From positions 1 through 64,000 of the IMG/VR virus record IMGVR_UViG_3300044712_002699: 64,000 bases of DNA. One strand, given 5' to 3'. Under the pieces are notes generated by a model. It was not told the origin of the DNA, did no database searches, and saw only the letters and a program-made list of their open reading frames with translations. The stretch comes from a virus. The position numbers were made by a program, and so were the translations under genes. The stretch's first letter is position 1. Each line of letters begins with the position of its first letter. Shown here in pieces: positions 20,301 through 29,000 of this stretch.

Positions 20301-21007
20301 ATCGTAGAAGTCGAAGATAATGGGTCGTAAACTTTTCTGGCATTGATCTGTAAAGGTTTTCGGAAGTCTCGTTTATCCGCCTTCAACGTTACGTACGCGG
20401 TAGAAACTTCTGTATCACCAACAAGTCTGGTGGGGGATACTCCAGGATCGTCCAGAACCAATCCACCAGGAATCTCAGAAAGATAAGGGTCGCTACCTTC
20501 CAACACGATTACGTTGAACCTAAAACCGCTTCCGTCAATTATCCTCGCGTTTATCCTAGCAGACCCTAAATGGAGTCCATAAACTCTTCGTTTTACCTGA
20601 CCATCTCGTATGATAACAGGTAAATTCAGAAGGTTTCCGTCGTTAGGAGTAGAGAGAGAAAGGAAAACCTGTCCTCGATAAACTTCGGGCCAATAGACGG
20701 TCGTGCTCGCAAGATAAACCTGATAAGTGCCGGGAACAAACTCTTCCCAATCGAGACGCGCCGATCCAGTAGTCCTCCACGTAACCTTTAAGATAGGTCT
20801 ATACTTACCCATACCCTGTCTTAGGGTTAAAAAAGAGGCAGGAACATCAGTACCACCTATCGGGAGAATAAAATTAGGGTCTGATGACTCATACTTTAGA
20901 CCCTCATACTCATCCAGGTTCAAGCCAGGATCGTAGGCTATCAAGTTCGTAATTTTAGGAGACGGTAAAGTATCTCCAAGCACAGTTATAGTAGGGTAGT
21001 AAGGCAC
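14396..21007 (-). CDS. Giant modular putative virion fibre/appendage protein, paralog C (2203 aa)
   Basis: About 10 copies of a G.Y.VY[IL]AS..W...Y.G.LFL...A..[VI]G.V module; inserted beta-propeller-like repeats (VVGDGGKILYFNG..W) and a LamG-like domain; C-terminal domain shared with paralogs. Confidence 0.8.
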   Translation of the reverse strand: MPYYPTITVLGDTLPSPKITNLIAYDPGLNLDEYEGLKYESSDPNFILPIGGTDVPASFLTLRQGMGKYRPILKVTWRTTGSARLDWEEFVPGTYQVYLASTTVYWPEVYRGQVFLSLSTPNDGNLLNLPVIIRDGQVKRRVYGLHLGSARINARIIDGSGFRFNVIVLEGSDPYLSEIPGGLVLDDPGVSPTRLVGDTEVSTAYVTLKADKRDFRKPLQINARKVYDPLSSTSTINCNVYIASNQEEWDAVRVGYRGDLFLVESSSDFCHRPGHHSLFSLNIGQDRGVGAAYVGNVDVDLEEVVSPFTREKARIATITILDNPTTRLHLVHGHLVYIGYEVELIAGTNVDTRYLTVSSSATNFRYPLGHGRILYNYLRTEAIKTGKYHVYVGANTQRWDILCPGYRNQLFLIDASTDEFHLTFPIYQEPIHKIGAKYVGEVDLIVEDGYISKCTLDPTNAGTLVEDLYLAGSQCYRYHKTVSGDPEFTQVSEPVGINTWLGVTFDTTFDKNNLLFCGEDCYVGYYNESADGNNWSDVSPTQEQLDFQPSHLQGITSEHGYIYCVGDPVDQPSLLPDVRLATTILVSEDSGKTWQKDWTDYWQPITILYNNYVLPEPPSRYFRFRCYAKFLMFIVGEVWEKYIPPITDGMRAVSASHEMVIAVGENGRVLNRGVGSANVVWNRCAYTGTRLNGVSTVAGEYPFTVVVGDDGYIGFLFSGNIISGPFLQAPQFVTERLNGAWAHSRWDVFVVGDGGKILYFNGTVWGEMDSPTVSNLFSVHGTNPDNVYAAGDGVVIKWDGSEWTVLDIQSSDTFLGAYRCKVGPALHWDAGQNDLVYRSPDTYYSTISGYLTYIRERRLSLGILDLRPPLYFENGLPYTMDRYESGAYHVYISSRDHKWSLFDPEYRNQIFVTPAKHDLDQTMFLTGDYRATYIGTWHVILKPLTNNFESWEGYSIQESWFEDHSAYLKINIFNKSIRYFGEAPSAQEGSTVMLSVPLTETTIPAVGHFFSCEPFQHQVSPGLGSSVENIVDPYGNPTSIMTTSGFPVFDYESYDWQLGLRFSFSCYLRFPELSELVDREIVLFDLRVNLGQVQAAIREGRVLEYTLLDIPTGNPLITQTFDLFDTTIPAGKWFKIEIRRDSGNVYRWRMDGADILDATGEKCEWVSEFFFCAAPDVPFNFCEPAPSLSGAYVSDIKLLRDTLIVNEAESAQSYDLERKHKAYRWSPLIPQSFTLDWMPETKFDLGTEQSYQVYIAGIEDCWDELNHYYKGQLFLINSIIDPEGSYLVLNLDKKPAYCINVGKITATFQQVIDDFTQAFGHRCVKISIEEGSDDHLGITPDNILYFSDSVDTTRSINLKDVDVSYLEIRLPLFNYKDIMSLKILGGALDVQNFEPGDYYVYIGSDEDTWDSVNPDYRANLYLSKDIPATDNFLTIPLETGSITSKCIGKVSLSLEEETTHPNYHLLTGESSDRLNYVDTIDPTIEVGGYLVDVSDLSLLTSGGRYRLPLDPGGEDSVASRVQGIFGEYNVYIADNNPKWVLAGMGYRSQLFLSRAEPDPSSNLLNVLISYGGEYVQALKVGRVNVEWRSNYDLGIVTTWLKYSITLKDPHHLKLSVTEDGDLIFRSSSKLIVCGTYVNASYLTLREGAGKFRSPLVKDSVDLFSSIHNIDTGDYGVYLAPASSEWKNYAGKLFLSNLDSVIIDGKEVLQIPGLETWAIKLGEVTVTWEVIPYPMTTKPVIELDDQFPLSERLVLEDGVLAYDATTSIPFIPTAEGCIRLGYKWKSSLDLGFGVYRQPLKVVSGTATRPRYLSWEPGTYYVYVASIDREWEEYMMEMFLCPDAPLTTNQVFWSQETDEVVKTHYAYCLGRVNVRPSPYLYLHPYYFIATSIDTDIAGLTLSKFGGIVFRDVEEVRFVDGEQVPTLSLSYDPSSETSNFGLKKGLDGNLMKTPLFEGDWSLYLCSAKPAWGTLDLNADLFVSQLRPENGVLSVSVNNETVEALYLGKINLKDHSTSYTGMIVDWVTTPLKALDGDPPPLYYEMKNLGTVTKLPVGGTLVVAFTVPDAVAFGYPFSISLDCFTQSPFGSTMRVRFESWILGSEVDFAQTISSGVVEVPPVSSEFYSTYEYHLFSDSDPKTTNITKAFRVSDEIGCVGGLQIAPGDTLVTKIRFLDDSLFEEQSNSIARYDFFIKKVSLMYKAYYKA

Positions 21008-21018
21008 ATCAAATCCTT

Positions 21019-23742
21019 TTACTCGTCTATAGACAAGTAATGGCTAATCCTAAAATTGGAAAAGAAAAGTCGATGGACAGGGAATCGGTAAAAATACGAC
21101 TCTCCATACTGAGAAATTATACCCCAGCTATTTTCTGACTCCCTAAATGACATAATATAGTACTCTCGATTCGGAGAATCAGTTTCAAATAACGTTCTCG
21201 AGTATTGATACTCACACAAATCCCCATTTACGTCCCGAAGAATCTTCCAGTCTTCGTTTGAAGGTTTGATGTAAATCCTGATAATGGAGCTTGCTTTTTC
21301 TCTCTCGAACCGAAATCCCGTCACATAACCTTCGGGCGGAAAAATAAAATCAGGCCCCATATCAAATGGCATCCCCTCCACCGTGATACGCCCATACGAT
21401 CCACCGACTTCGTTACCGTTATAATAGGCTAGAGTAATCTCCCACGGAACAATGTTATCCTCAGTATCTTCAACCGCGTAACCAGACAAGATTGTTGATG
21501 TAAATTGAACCTGGGGAAATTTCATAAATAGCTCGACTCGGTATCCCTGAGACATTCTCATAGGATCTCTTCCAAGACTCAAGTCAGGGTGTACTATTAT
21601 CTTCACTTCTTTAAATTCGTACCCGCCGCCGTCTTCTGTTAAGGCATAAGAACTAACTCCAAGACACATACCCCCATCTTGCTGAGGCAAGTAACCCATA
21701 GACCCCCCACAATACACAAGAGAGGGAGACCATCCATACTCCCAATGCACGTCACCATACTCAGAAGTACCGGGGATCAACTCTGTAACTACAGTAGAAG
21801 CACATCGATATGTTACACAGAGTTCTCGAAAAAATTGCTCGGTCGTTAAAAAACCAGGACTCCCAGACTCAGATTCACAAGGAATACTGGTATCTTCGTA
21901 CCGGGTAAACGCATTTGCTAAATAATAGAACCCTGTAATCCAGTCATACTCTTCTACCGGGGCTGTACTCATAGCACCGGCACAGTCAGAGATATAGAGA
22001 GGAGAAACCTTTGTTGGGAGAGAGGTTCCTTTCTGTATCTTTATGTTTTTATAGTAGACCTTACCGTTATTACAAGAAAGCAAAGACGATTCAACCCCAT
22101 AACTCTGTGAACCAGTAAAGAAAGAGTCCGTGTCCCAATAAACGTCACTCTCCCAACCACAATATCTAGATCGCCTATCAAGAAGCACCTCATCGTTAAG
22201 GTACCACGTATAGGCATTCGTATCCTTATTTCTTGTAAGAGTTAACTTGAACCAAGAGTCGATAGGAATTGCTGAGAGATTTAATGCAAACTTGGCACAA
22301 AAACTCCCCCAGTTAATCTGAGACGCCTCGCTGTGAAAGACCCAAAATTTTCCAACTCTACTAAAACGAGCAAAAAACCAAGTTTCCATAGAAGGCATAA
22401 AAGGTTGAGGAGGCTGTTCCGAGGTAGAAAAGCTAAATAATGAAACACTCAGAGTAGTATATGTTACGTGAGAATCGATAAACAAATCAACATCAAATAT
22501 AAAGTTGGGGCCAGTAATAAAGGTATCTACGTTTCCTCCGTCAACAGTATTCAGATCTAAAATTACAAATCCCTGCCCGGCTCCTGTCATATATGCAGTA
22601 TAAGGCAAGCCCGTCCGGTCATCACTAGCTGCGGTAATAGTAATTGATCTATCAAAAACTTCGTCCTTAATAGTTCTCGTACCAACAGAGGGTATCTCAG
22701 TAAGAGGCAACTCAAAACTTGTCATTGGGTAAGGTATATAAGCAAAATCTTTCTTCCACAGGTCACTGGGAGTTGCTTCAGGTGGAGGCGGAGTAGTGGT
22801 CAGGGGCTCTGAGATATAAAAGATATCTACGGCGTACTCTTCATTAGATGACTCTCCTCCAAGATAATATATCTTATTTTGATACCCCACACCAACATGA
22901 GCCTCTCGATGAGTCCCCCCGTCAAGAATCGAACTCCAGTGTCCTATAGAAGGGTCGTACATCTCGTTATATGATGGGATAATACCTACGTCAAACGAGC
23001 CAGACCATACAAAGATACGATTCGCAATAACAGCACCAGCAGTATCACTTCGACCTGTAATGAGACCTGGACCCAGGGACCACGTAGAAGTCGAAAAGTT
23101 GAATATTTCTACTAAATTTTCTCTGTATTTAGCAAGAGAATTTCCGCCTATAGTAAAAAACTGGTTATTCAGAACAAGCCCTAAACCGAAAACTCTCCCA
23201 GTACCTCCGCTGACGCCCGATGTCCACTGACCTGTTGTGAAATCGAAAATATCCATAGAAGTAAAAACGCGCTGGTCATTACCCCAAAATCGCCTATCTG
23301 TCCCTCCCCACGCGTACATCTTTGTTCCGTAAACACCGCAACAATGTCCGAAGCGAGGTTGTCCTCCTGTAAGAGCACCTGTCCAGGTGTAATTACTAAA
23401 ATTGAATATATCCATTGTGTTCAAAACAACTTCACTGTAATAGTCTGAAACACCTCCCCATACATACATGTTATCATTGTAAACAACCGCGGAATGGTAT
23501 CTACGCGGAGTCGGGGCCTCTGGGCCTAGTGTCCAGACTCCATCGGCAATATCCAAAATATAGAGATTATTCGAGATGTGGTCGGTATCATTTGGATCGG
23601 TTCCCCATCCACCGAAATAGAATATCTTACCGCCATACTGAACAGCGGATCCCCACCCTGTCGGGTACATCTCTAGAGACATAGCAGGTCCGACAGACCA
23701 ACCATAAGATAGCGGAGATATTGTACGGGTTGTTTGAGTCAT
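21019..23742 (-). CDS. Kelch-repeat beta-propeller protein with LamG-like C-terminal domains (907 aa)
   Basis: About six Kelch blades (IFYFGG, MYVWGG, MYAWGG, FFTIGG, IFVWSG, IYYLGG with downstream W), then a TTTPPPP linker. Confidence 0.85.
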   Translation of the reverse strand: MTQTTRTISPLSYGWSVGPAMSLEMYPTGWGSAVQYGGKIFYFGGWGTDPNDTDHISNNLYILDIADGVWTLGPEAPTPRRYHSAVVYNDNMYVWGGVSDYYSEVVLNTMDIFNFSNYTWTGALTGGQPRFGHCCGVYGTKMYAWGGTDRRFWGNDQRVFTSMDIFDFTTGQWTSGVSGGTGRVFGLGLVLNNQFFTIGGNSLAKYRENLVEIFNFSTSTWSLGPGLITGRSDTAGAVIANRIFVWSGSFDVGIIPSYNEMYDPSIGHWSSILDGGTHREAHVGVGYQNKIYYLGGESSNEEYAVDIFYISEPLTTTPPPPEATPSDLWKKDFAYIPYPMTSFELPLTEIPSVGTRTIKDEVFDRSITITAASDDRTGLPYTAYMTGAGQGFVILDLNTVDGGNVDTFITGPNFIFDVDLFIDSHVTYTTLSVSLFSFSTSEQPPQPFMPSMETWFFARFSRVGKFWVFHSEASQINWGSFCAKFALNLSAIPIDSWFKLTLTRNKDTNAYTWYLNDEVLLDRRSRYCGWESDVYWDTDSFFTGSQSYGVESSLLSCNNGKVYYKNIKIQKGTSLPTKVSPLYISDCAGAMSTAPVEEYDWITGFYYLANAFTRYEDTSIPCESESGSPGFLTTEQFFRELCVTYRCASTVVTELIPGTSEYGDVHWEYGWSPSLVYCGGSMGYLPQQDGGMCLGVSSYALTEDGGGYEFKEVKIIVHPDLSLGRDPMRMSQGYRVELFMKFPQVQFTSTILSGYAVEDTEDNIVPWEITLAYYNGNEVGGSYGRITVEGMPFDMGPDFIFPPEGYVTGFRFEREKASSIIRIYIKPSNEDWKILRDVNGDLCEYQYSRTLFETDSPNREYYIMSFRESENSWGIISQYGESYFYRFPVHRLFFSNFRISHYLSIDE

Positions 23743-23757
23743 TGCTAATAAACCACT

Positions 23758-25035
23758 TTACGGGCCGGGGTTTTCTGTTGTCGAAGTAAGAATAGTGCCC
23801 GTCGTAGTAGTGGAAAACGTAGTTGTCGTTGTGGTAGAAGAGGACTTTTCCATAGCCGTCTCAGTAGAGTCCAACTCAACGAGGAGTGAAGGACCTCCTG
23901 AGGGCCGCTTAACGATTGCTGCCGCTCTCCGAATACTAATAGGAACCTTGCCAAGAGAAGCCATTTCATCAGGTATCAATTTGTTAAGAGGATTAGATTC
24001 TAAAGAAACAAAAATGTTATCGCCCACAGACGGCATAATCCCTCCGATAACACCGTTTTCAGTTGATATCTGAAATATCCTGTTGAGTCCAAAACCCGTC
24101 AACTCTCCTGATGGCAAAACGCCTATCATACTGCCTTCTGCGGTATAAAAATACCTATCCGGCCAAATGGGGATATCTACTCGACCCGACTGAACCATCT
24201 TGTTAATGTCTACACTTTTGGAAACAACCCAAGACTTCAAAACAATCTGGTCATAATAATCCATTACGTCTCGGTCAGTTTCAAACTCAATACCGAAATA
24301 TATCGGGTTACAGTTCAAAAAATCCGGTTGCCAAACAAAACCGCAGATAAGGGATCCTCCAGAATACCTTGATTCCGTTGTCACGCCTGATACAATTATC
24401 CTCTTCGAGCCGCCCGACGTATTGAGAATAGTAACAGGTTGCTCGACATAACTTAGAGGTCTATTCAGCTCGAAACTCCTGGTACTCTTAATCTTAACTT
24501 CTGCGAGATAAAGAGCCGTAACCGGAACCCCTCCTATCCTCCCTTTCAAGAGAGGAAGATCGTCATCATTGATTGGCTCCTTAGAAGCAATTATTGCCCC
24601 GCAATAGTGACGACCCAAAACTTTCCACTTCTCGTGAGCCGAGGTGAGGTAAAGATAGTAAAGAGAGGAACCGTAACCTTCATAATCTATTGTAAATTCC
24701 TCATTTTTAAGATAGAGAGGGGGGTTCAAGGCACTAACCGGGGAAAATGATAGACGAACGGTATCGAGAACAGTATCGTCAAGCATCAAAAACCTAGTGT
24801 CTCCCTCATTCCGGTAAATAAACTCTCCGGTATGGAGAAAGGCTTCTGTTGGCCCATCAATAATCCTAGCCACAAACGATCGGACGTCTCCTTCCGAGGG
24901 TACTAAATGATATTTACTATACCTAACCCTAACCATTCCAACCTTGGCGGATCGAATATCAAGATCCGCCCCGCCTGTATCAGATGGATTGGCGACCCAC
25001 CACCACCCGCAATCATCACTTGACCAAATACTCAT
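23758..25035 (-). CDS. C-terminal portion of giant paralog B (425 aa) with a Thr-rich tail
   Basis: Contains the end of one module (SAKVGMV), one full module (YYLYLTSAHEKW) and the family C-terminal domain (SGG...SW...G.IGG...GD); ends SSSTTTTTTFSTTTTGT. Confidence 0.8.
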   Translation of the reverse strand: MSIWSSDDCGWWWVANPSDTGGADLDIRSAKVGMVRVRYSKYHLVPSEGDVRSFVARIIDGPTEAFLHTGEFIYRNEGDTRFLMLDDTVLDTVRLSFSPVSALNPPLYLKNEEFTIDYEGYGSSLYYLYLTSAHEKWKVLGRHYCGAIIASKEPINDDDLPLLKGRIGGVPVTALYLAEVKIKSTRSFELNRPLSYVEQPVTILNTSGGSKRIIVSGVTTESRYSGGSLICGFVWQPDFLNCNPIYFGIEFETDRDVMDYYDQIVLKSWVVSKSVDINKMVQSGRVDIPIWPDRYFYTAEGSMIGVLPSGELTGFGLNRIFQISTENGVIGGIMPSVGDNIFVSLESNPLNKLIPDEMASLGKVPISIRRAAAIVKRPSGGPSLLVELDSTETAMEKSSSTTTTTTFSTTTTGTILTSTTENPGP

Positions 25036-25044
25036 ACTAGTCTC

Positions 25045-25257
25045 TTATCCACCAATGCCGCCGCTGAATGTTATGTTAGACTGGGCCAAGAAGATTTTTC
25101 CTGCATAGTCTCCCCACTCTTCTCGTAACGGCCCTACACAGACACACCAGTATCCAGGAACTAGGGGAACTCTTTTTATAGACCACGTAAAAGTCGGTTC
25201 TGTGTCTTCTCTTGGTATCGATCCAGCAGGATCTCTCTGTTTTAGATCACTGTCCAT
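25045..25257 (-). CDS. 70-aa fragment carrying the middle of a giant-protein module
   Basis: SD AAGGAG and ATG at 25257 overlapping the GT2 end; PGYWCVCVG...EEWGDYAGKIFL matches the module core. Confidence 0.7.
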   Translation of the reverse strand: MDSDLKQRDPAGSIPREDTEPTFTWSIKRVPLVPGYWCVCVGPLREEWGDYAGKIFLAQSNITFSGGIGG

Positions 25258-26017
25258 TACTTTTCTCCTTAGATATAAGAATAAATTGAGGCATAATATT
25301 AACATCAAGGAAAAACTTATCTTGAAGACCTCTCCTAACGATAGCCCGCTCGATTGCTTCTTGGGAACACTTAATTTGCTCCATTCTATGCTCCTTCGTA
25401 ATAGAATTTCTATGAACTCGATGATAATGGAGGAACCTTTTTAATTGATAGACACGTGTAATTTCACATATCCGTAGACAGAGGTCATAGTCAAAACTAT
25501 AACGTATCGACTCATCAATTCCGCCAACACTGTCATAAATTGATTTACGTAGGAGGCGAAAGTGAAACGTAAGAAATTCTGTCAACATTCCTAAATCTGT
25601 ATAGGGTAAAAGCGAACTCCTTGATTTACCTACAATCCTACCGCACTCATCAATTAGTTTACAGTGGGTATAAACTAAACCTACATCAGGAAAAGCGTCC
25701 AAAACTGCAACTGTTTCTGTAAGCGTCTCTCTATCTATCCTGTCATCACTATCAACCCACCCCAAATACTCGCCCCTCGCTTCTCTAGCAGCTAACAGCA
25801 GCGGATAAGGCGTGCCTAAGTGGTGATGATAGATAACTCTCATTCGGTCATCCATAGCCTCATAGTCTCTCAGAATATCTATTGACTTGTCAGTTGAGCC
25901 GTCATCCCACACAATAAACTCGAAGTCTTCAAAATCTTGACATAAAACACTCTCTAAAGACCTCGCAAGATACTTCTCTCTATTATAAACCGACATTAAA
26001 ATTGATACTTTAGGCAT
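25247..26017 (-). CDS. Family 2 glycosyltransferase
   Basis: VSILMSVYN, WDDGSTD, GEYLGWVDSDD (DxD), FDYDLCLR; TAATG overlap with the upstream stop. Confidence 0.95.
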   Translation of the reverse strand: MPKVSILMSVYNREKYLARSLESVLCQDFEDFEFIVWDDGSTDKSIDILRDYEAMDDRMRVIYHHHLGTPYPLLLAAREARGEYLGWVDSDDRIDRETLTETVAVLDAFPDVGLVYTHCKLIDECGRIVGKSRSSLLPYTDLGMLTEFLTFHFRLLRKSIYDSVGGIDESIRYSFDYDLCLRICEITRVYQLKRFLHYHRVHRNSITKEHRMEQIKCSQEAIERAIVRRGLQDKFFLDVNIMPQFILISKEKSNGQ

Positions 26018-29000
26018 TAAGCTTCTGGCCCCGGTCCTGACCCTACCGCGGTGATAAAAAGCGGAGGTCGGTACGACACCGGCCCTAATCTAATATGGTC
26101 ATAGACAGAGGGCGAGTCAAGAATTTGAGTCTCCCAAACACCGGGGAGCCAAGTTGGGTCCGGGCCATTCCACCTGTATTCAATATCATACTTGTCATCC
26201 GTAACATTCAACATCTCGGAATGCGGGCCAAACATATCGAATACAAAGAGAGGTCTAAGAGTAGAATACTCCTCATATGTTACCTCAACACCAACCTTCC
26301 CTAATACAGAGAGCGTAAAACCCTCAATCATATTTACTATTAGATTCGGGTCGAGTTTTGTGAAAAAAACAACACTATCGGTTCCCGTAGAACTCTGTGT
26401 GACGAGACGATTATAATCCCCGAACAACACACTGTAGACGCCATCCATCCACAAATCTTCGGAAAATACAAGAGCATCAAGTACTAAATAGTCACCGCTA
26501 TATGCACCTGCATTTCTGAACCTGACCACTGTGAGTGGCTCATATCCAACTTCTTTACAAGGAATTCCTACGCGACCGAAAGCGTAGAAATACAGCGACC
26601 GATCTGGATCAAGGTATTTAGTTACTCCCTCGAAATGCCCCCGGTTAACATTATCCCACTCCCAGGAACGAATTAACCCCCGCCTGTTTTCAATATCTAC
26701 CTGGTTCTCGGAGGAGATAGTGATTGAACGAGAAACAGGTTCTTGTTCTCTTGTAATGGCATTAACTGTTATGCCTCGTACAGACGGCTGAGATTCTCCA
26801 TCTGAAACAAGTCCGAAAACAACGTCTGCTCTCTCAAGACTTACATCTATTCTTTGCCATGCATCCTTAGCAAGATCGGTAAAGTAAAGACTCGGACTTT
26901 GATTGAAGGATATTTCCATAGCCTGTCTGAGACAGGAGAGTAAATTGTTCTCGCTGGCAGCCTCCCAGGCATTATCCTTGTTCTTAAATTGCCAAATATG
27001 CACATCCGTATACTGTGCTATATCTTTCCACGCGCCTGAAATAAAAATTTTCCACGTCTTCTTGCGATCGAAAGAAAAGGCATAAAAAATAGAACATTGA
27101 GGAGGCACGTGTTCAAGAAAAGAAACAGATCGAATCTGAGCAATATTGGTAAGATCGATATAATGGGATGATGCAGTAACCGCGGTGGAAACCTGCTTCG
27201 GACTCTTTAAATTCCCACCCAAGTCGTAAGATACCATCGTCAAACCATTCACAGGAGAAACCATAAGGTGTGTTACGCTCCTCACATTTCCATCTAAATG
27301 ATCTACGGAGGAGGAAACATCGCCACTACCTGATCCGTCCCCGGTTATACCTAGAACAAAAAACTCCTGACCGTCTTCCAACCCTATGAGAGAATATTCT
27401 TCAACTAAGGTATTATCTACACCAATTCTAATAATCTGTTTAACAGTAGAGTCTTCCGTTATGGCGTCTTCAGCCCACTCTTCCCTGATAATTATTTCAT
27501 TTTCTCGAGCAGCCGACACTGCTGTCAGCGGAGGCCGGGGACGCCCAGGACCAAGTCTCGTACACCAAAGTTGAGGATACCGCTCCTGCTCACCAGGTAC
27601 CTGGGACCCGGGGCTCTCCCTAATCCATTCATCGTCAGGTGTTACAGTACTATACTTATCCATTATCTCAATAGGATCCATTTTGATAACACGATACTTG
27701 TACATCTGCTTTTGACAATTCCACTCAAAATCAACTGACCCAACCTTAATGGCTTTCAATGAAATCCCACTATCCGTAGTATAGTACCTTATGCCGTTCA
27801 CGGGGTCACAGTCATCGGTTGATAAAAACATTGAGGCTCGGTAACCATACTGGAAATCAGACCAGTCGGATTTATCGGGAGTAAGGAATACATTATAAGT
27901 CCCGCCCAACTCTTGAACTACACCTACTGTCCCGTTGTTTGTATCCTCTAAAAGAGGGAGCCTATACCGACCAGGAGCATCCAAAAGAGAGATACCGGAT
28001 ACATCAACCTCAGTAGCGTCAATCTCTAAAACAGGATCAATTACATCAGCATATATTAAATCCCCCTTCAGGGCATCGTAACTTAATTGATAAGAGGCTT
28101 TCACTGAATATTTTGAGAGATGAATATCAACCGAACCCATAAACTCCGCTTCCAAATAAACATTACTACCGGTGTCGGGATCTGCATAAGGTATGCGGAG
28201 TAAATCATTCCCGTCAGGTTCTTCCGCAGCCAAAAACATCTTACCTTTATAGTTTCTTCCGTTACTTACCTGGTACAACCAATCCCGTTGGTTAGACCCC
28301 AAAAAGATGTTATATTTCCGTTCCTCGAAAACCCCCTCTCCCAATGCTTCTATCAAATCTGTGGGCCTTAAAAAATGGTGTTGGTAATGAAAAACCGGCA
28401 AATGAAGATACTGGGGATTATCCCACTCACCTCCGCTCTGACTCAACCAATCGGCTTCTACATAATAGGTATCATCGAGTTCTTTGTCATAAAAAGCATT
28501 TCCGTAGTGATCGATAAAGAAACCTCTGGGAGCAGAGTCAGGATTCCCTAATGGTATATTTTGTTTGTAAAAATCATTCGTCTTAACCGACTCGATCCTA
28601 TGTCCCTTGGTTCCTGTATAAGGGTCTTCAGAGGTTTTAAATACCCAAGAGAATGACCCTAAGGAATAAAGAGCTACGGGAAACTCTGTCCTCGGGTTTG
28701 TAGAGCCGGGAGAGGGATCCATACCTGAATTATTGTAGTAGGATAGCGCAGCCCACGTTGGTCTTAAAAACATCTTACCGGGATAGTCTGCATGAACGAG
28801 AGACCACTCTGACTTTAGAGTAGCAATAGCCGTATCATATCGCGTAGTGTAGGCATCAAAGTATTCGTAACCTAATGACAATCCCCTAAGATACTTAAAA
28901 TCAAAAAGAATAACAGGTCTATACGAATCTTGAGGAAGTTTGAGCCTTAATAACTCTACAGAGATTGGCTCAAAACCAATATCCTCGGTTGCTCCGGTGC

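Noticed and set aside
22335-22341. GAAAGAC inside the Kelch gene
   Set aside because: Coding location, next base is C rather than A/G and no nearby start; probably a chance match.
25247-26017. GT2 insertion as a classical group I/II intron or intein
   Set aside because: No non-coding flanks to form a ribozyme core and no intein terminal motifs; kept only as an unexplained split.
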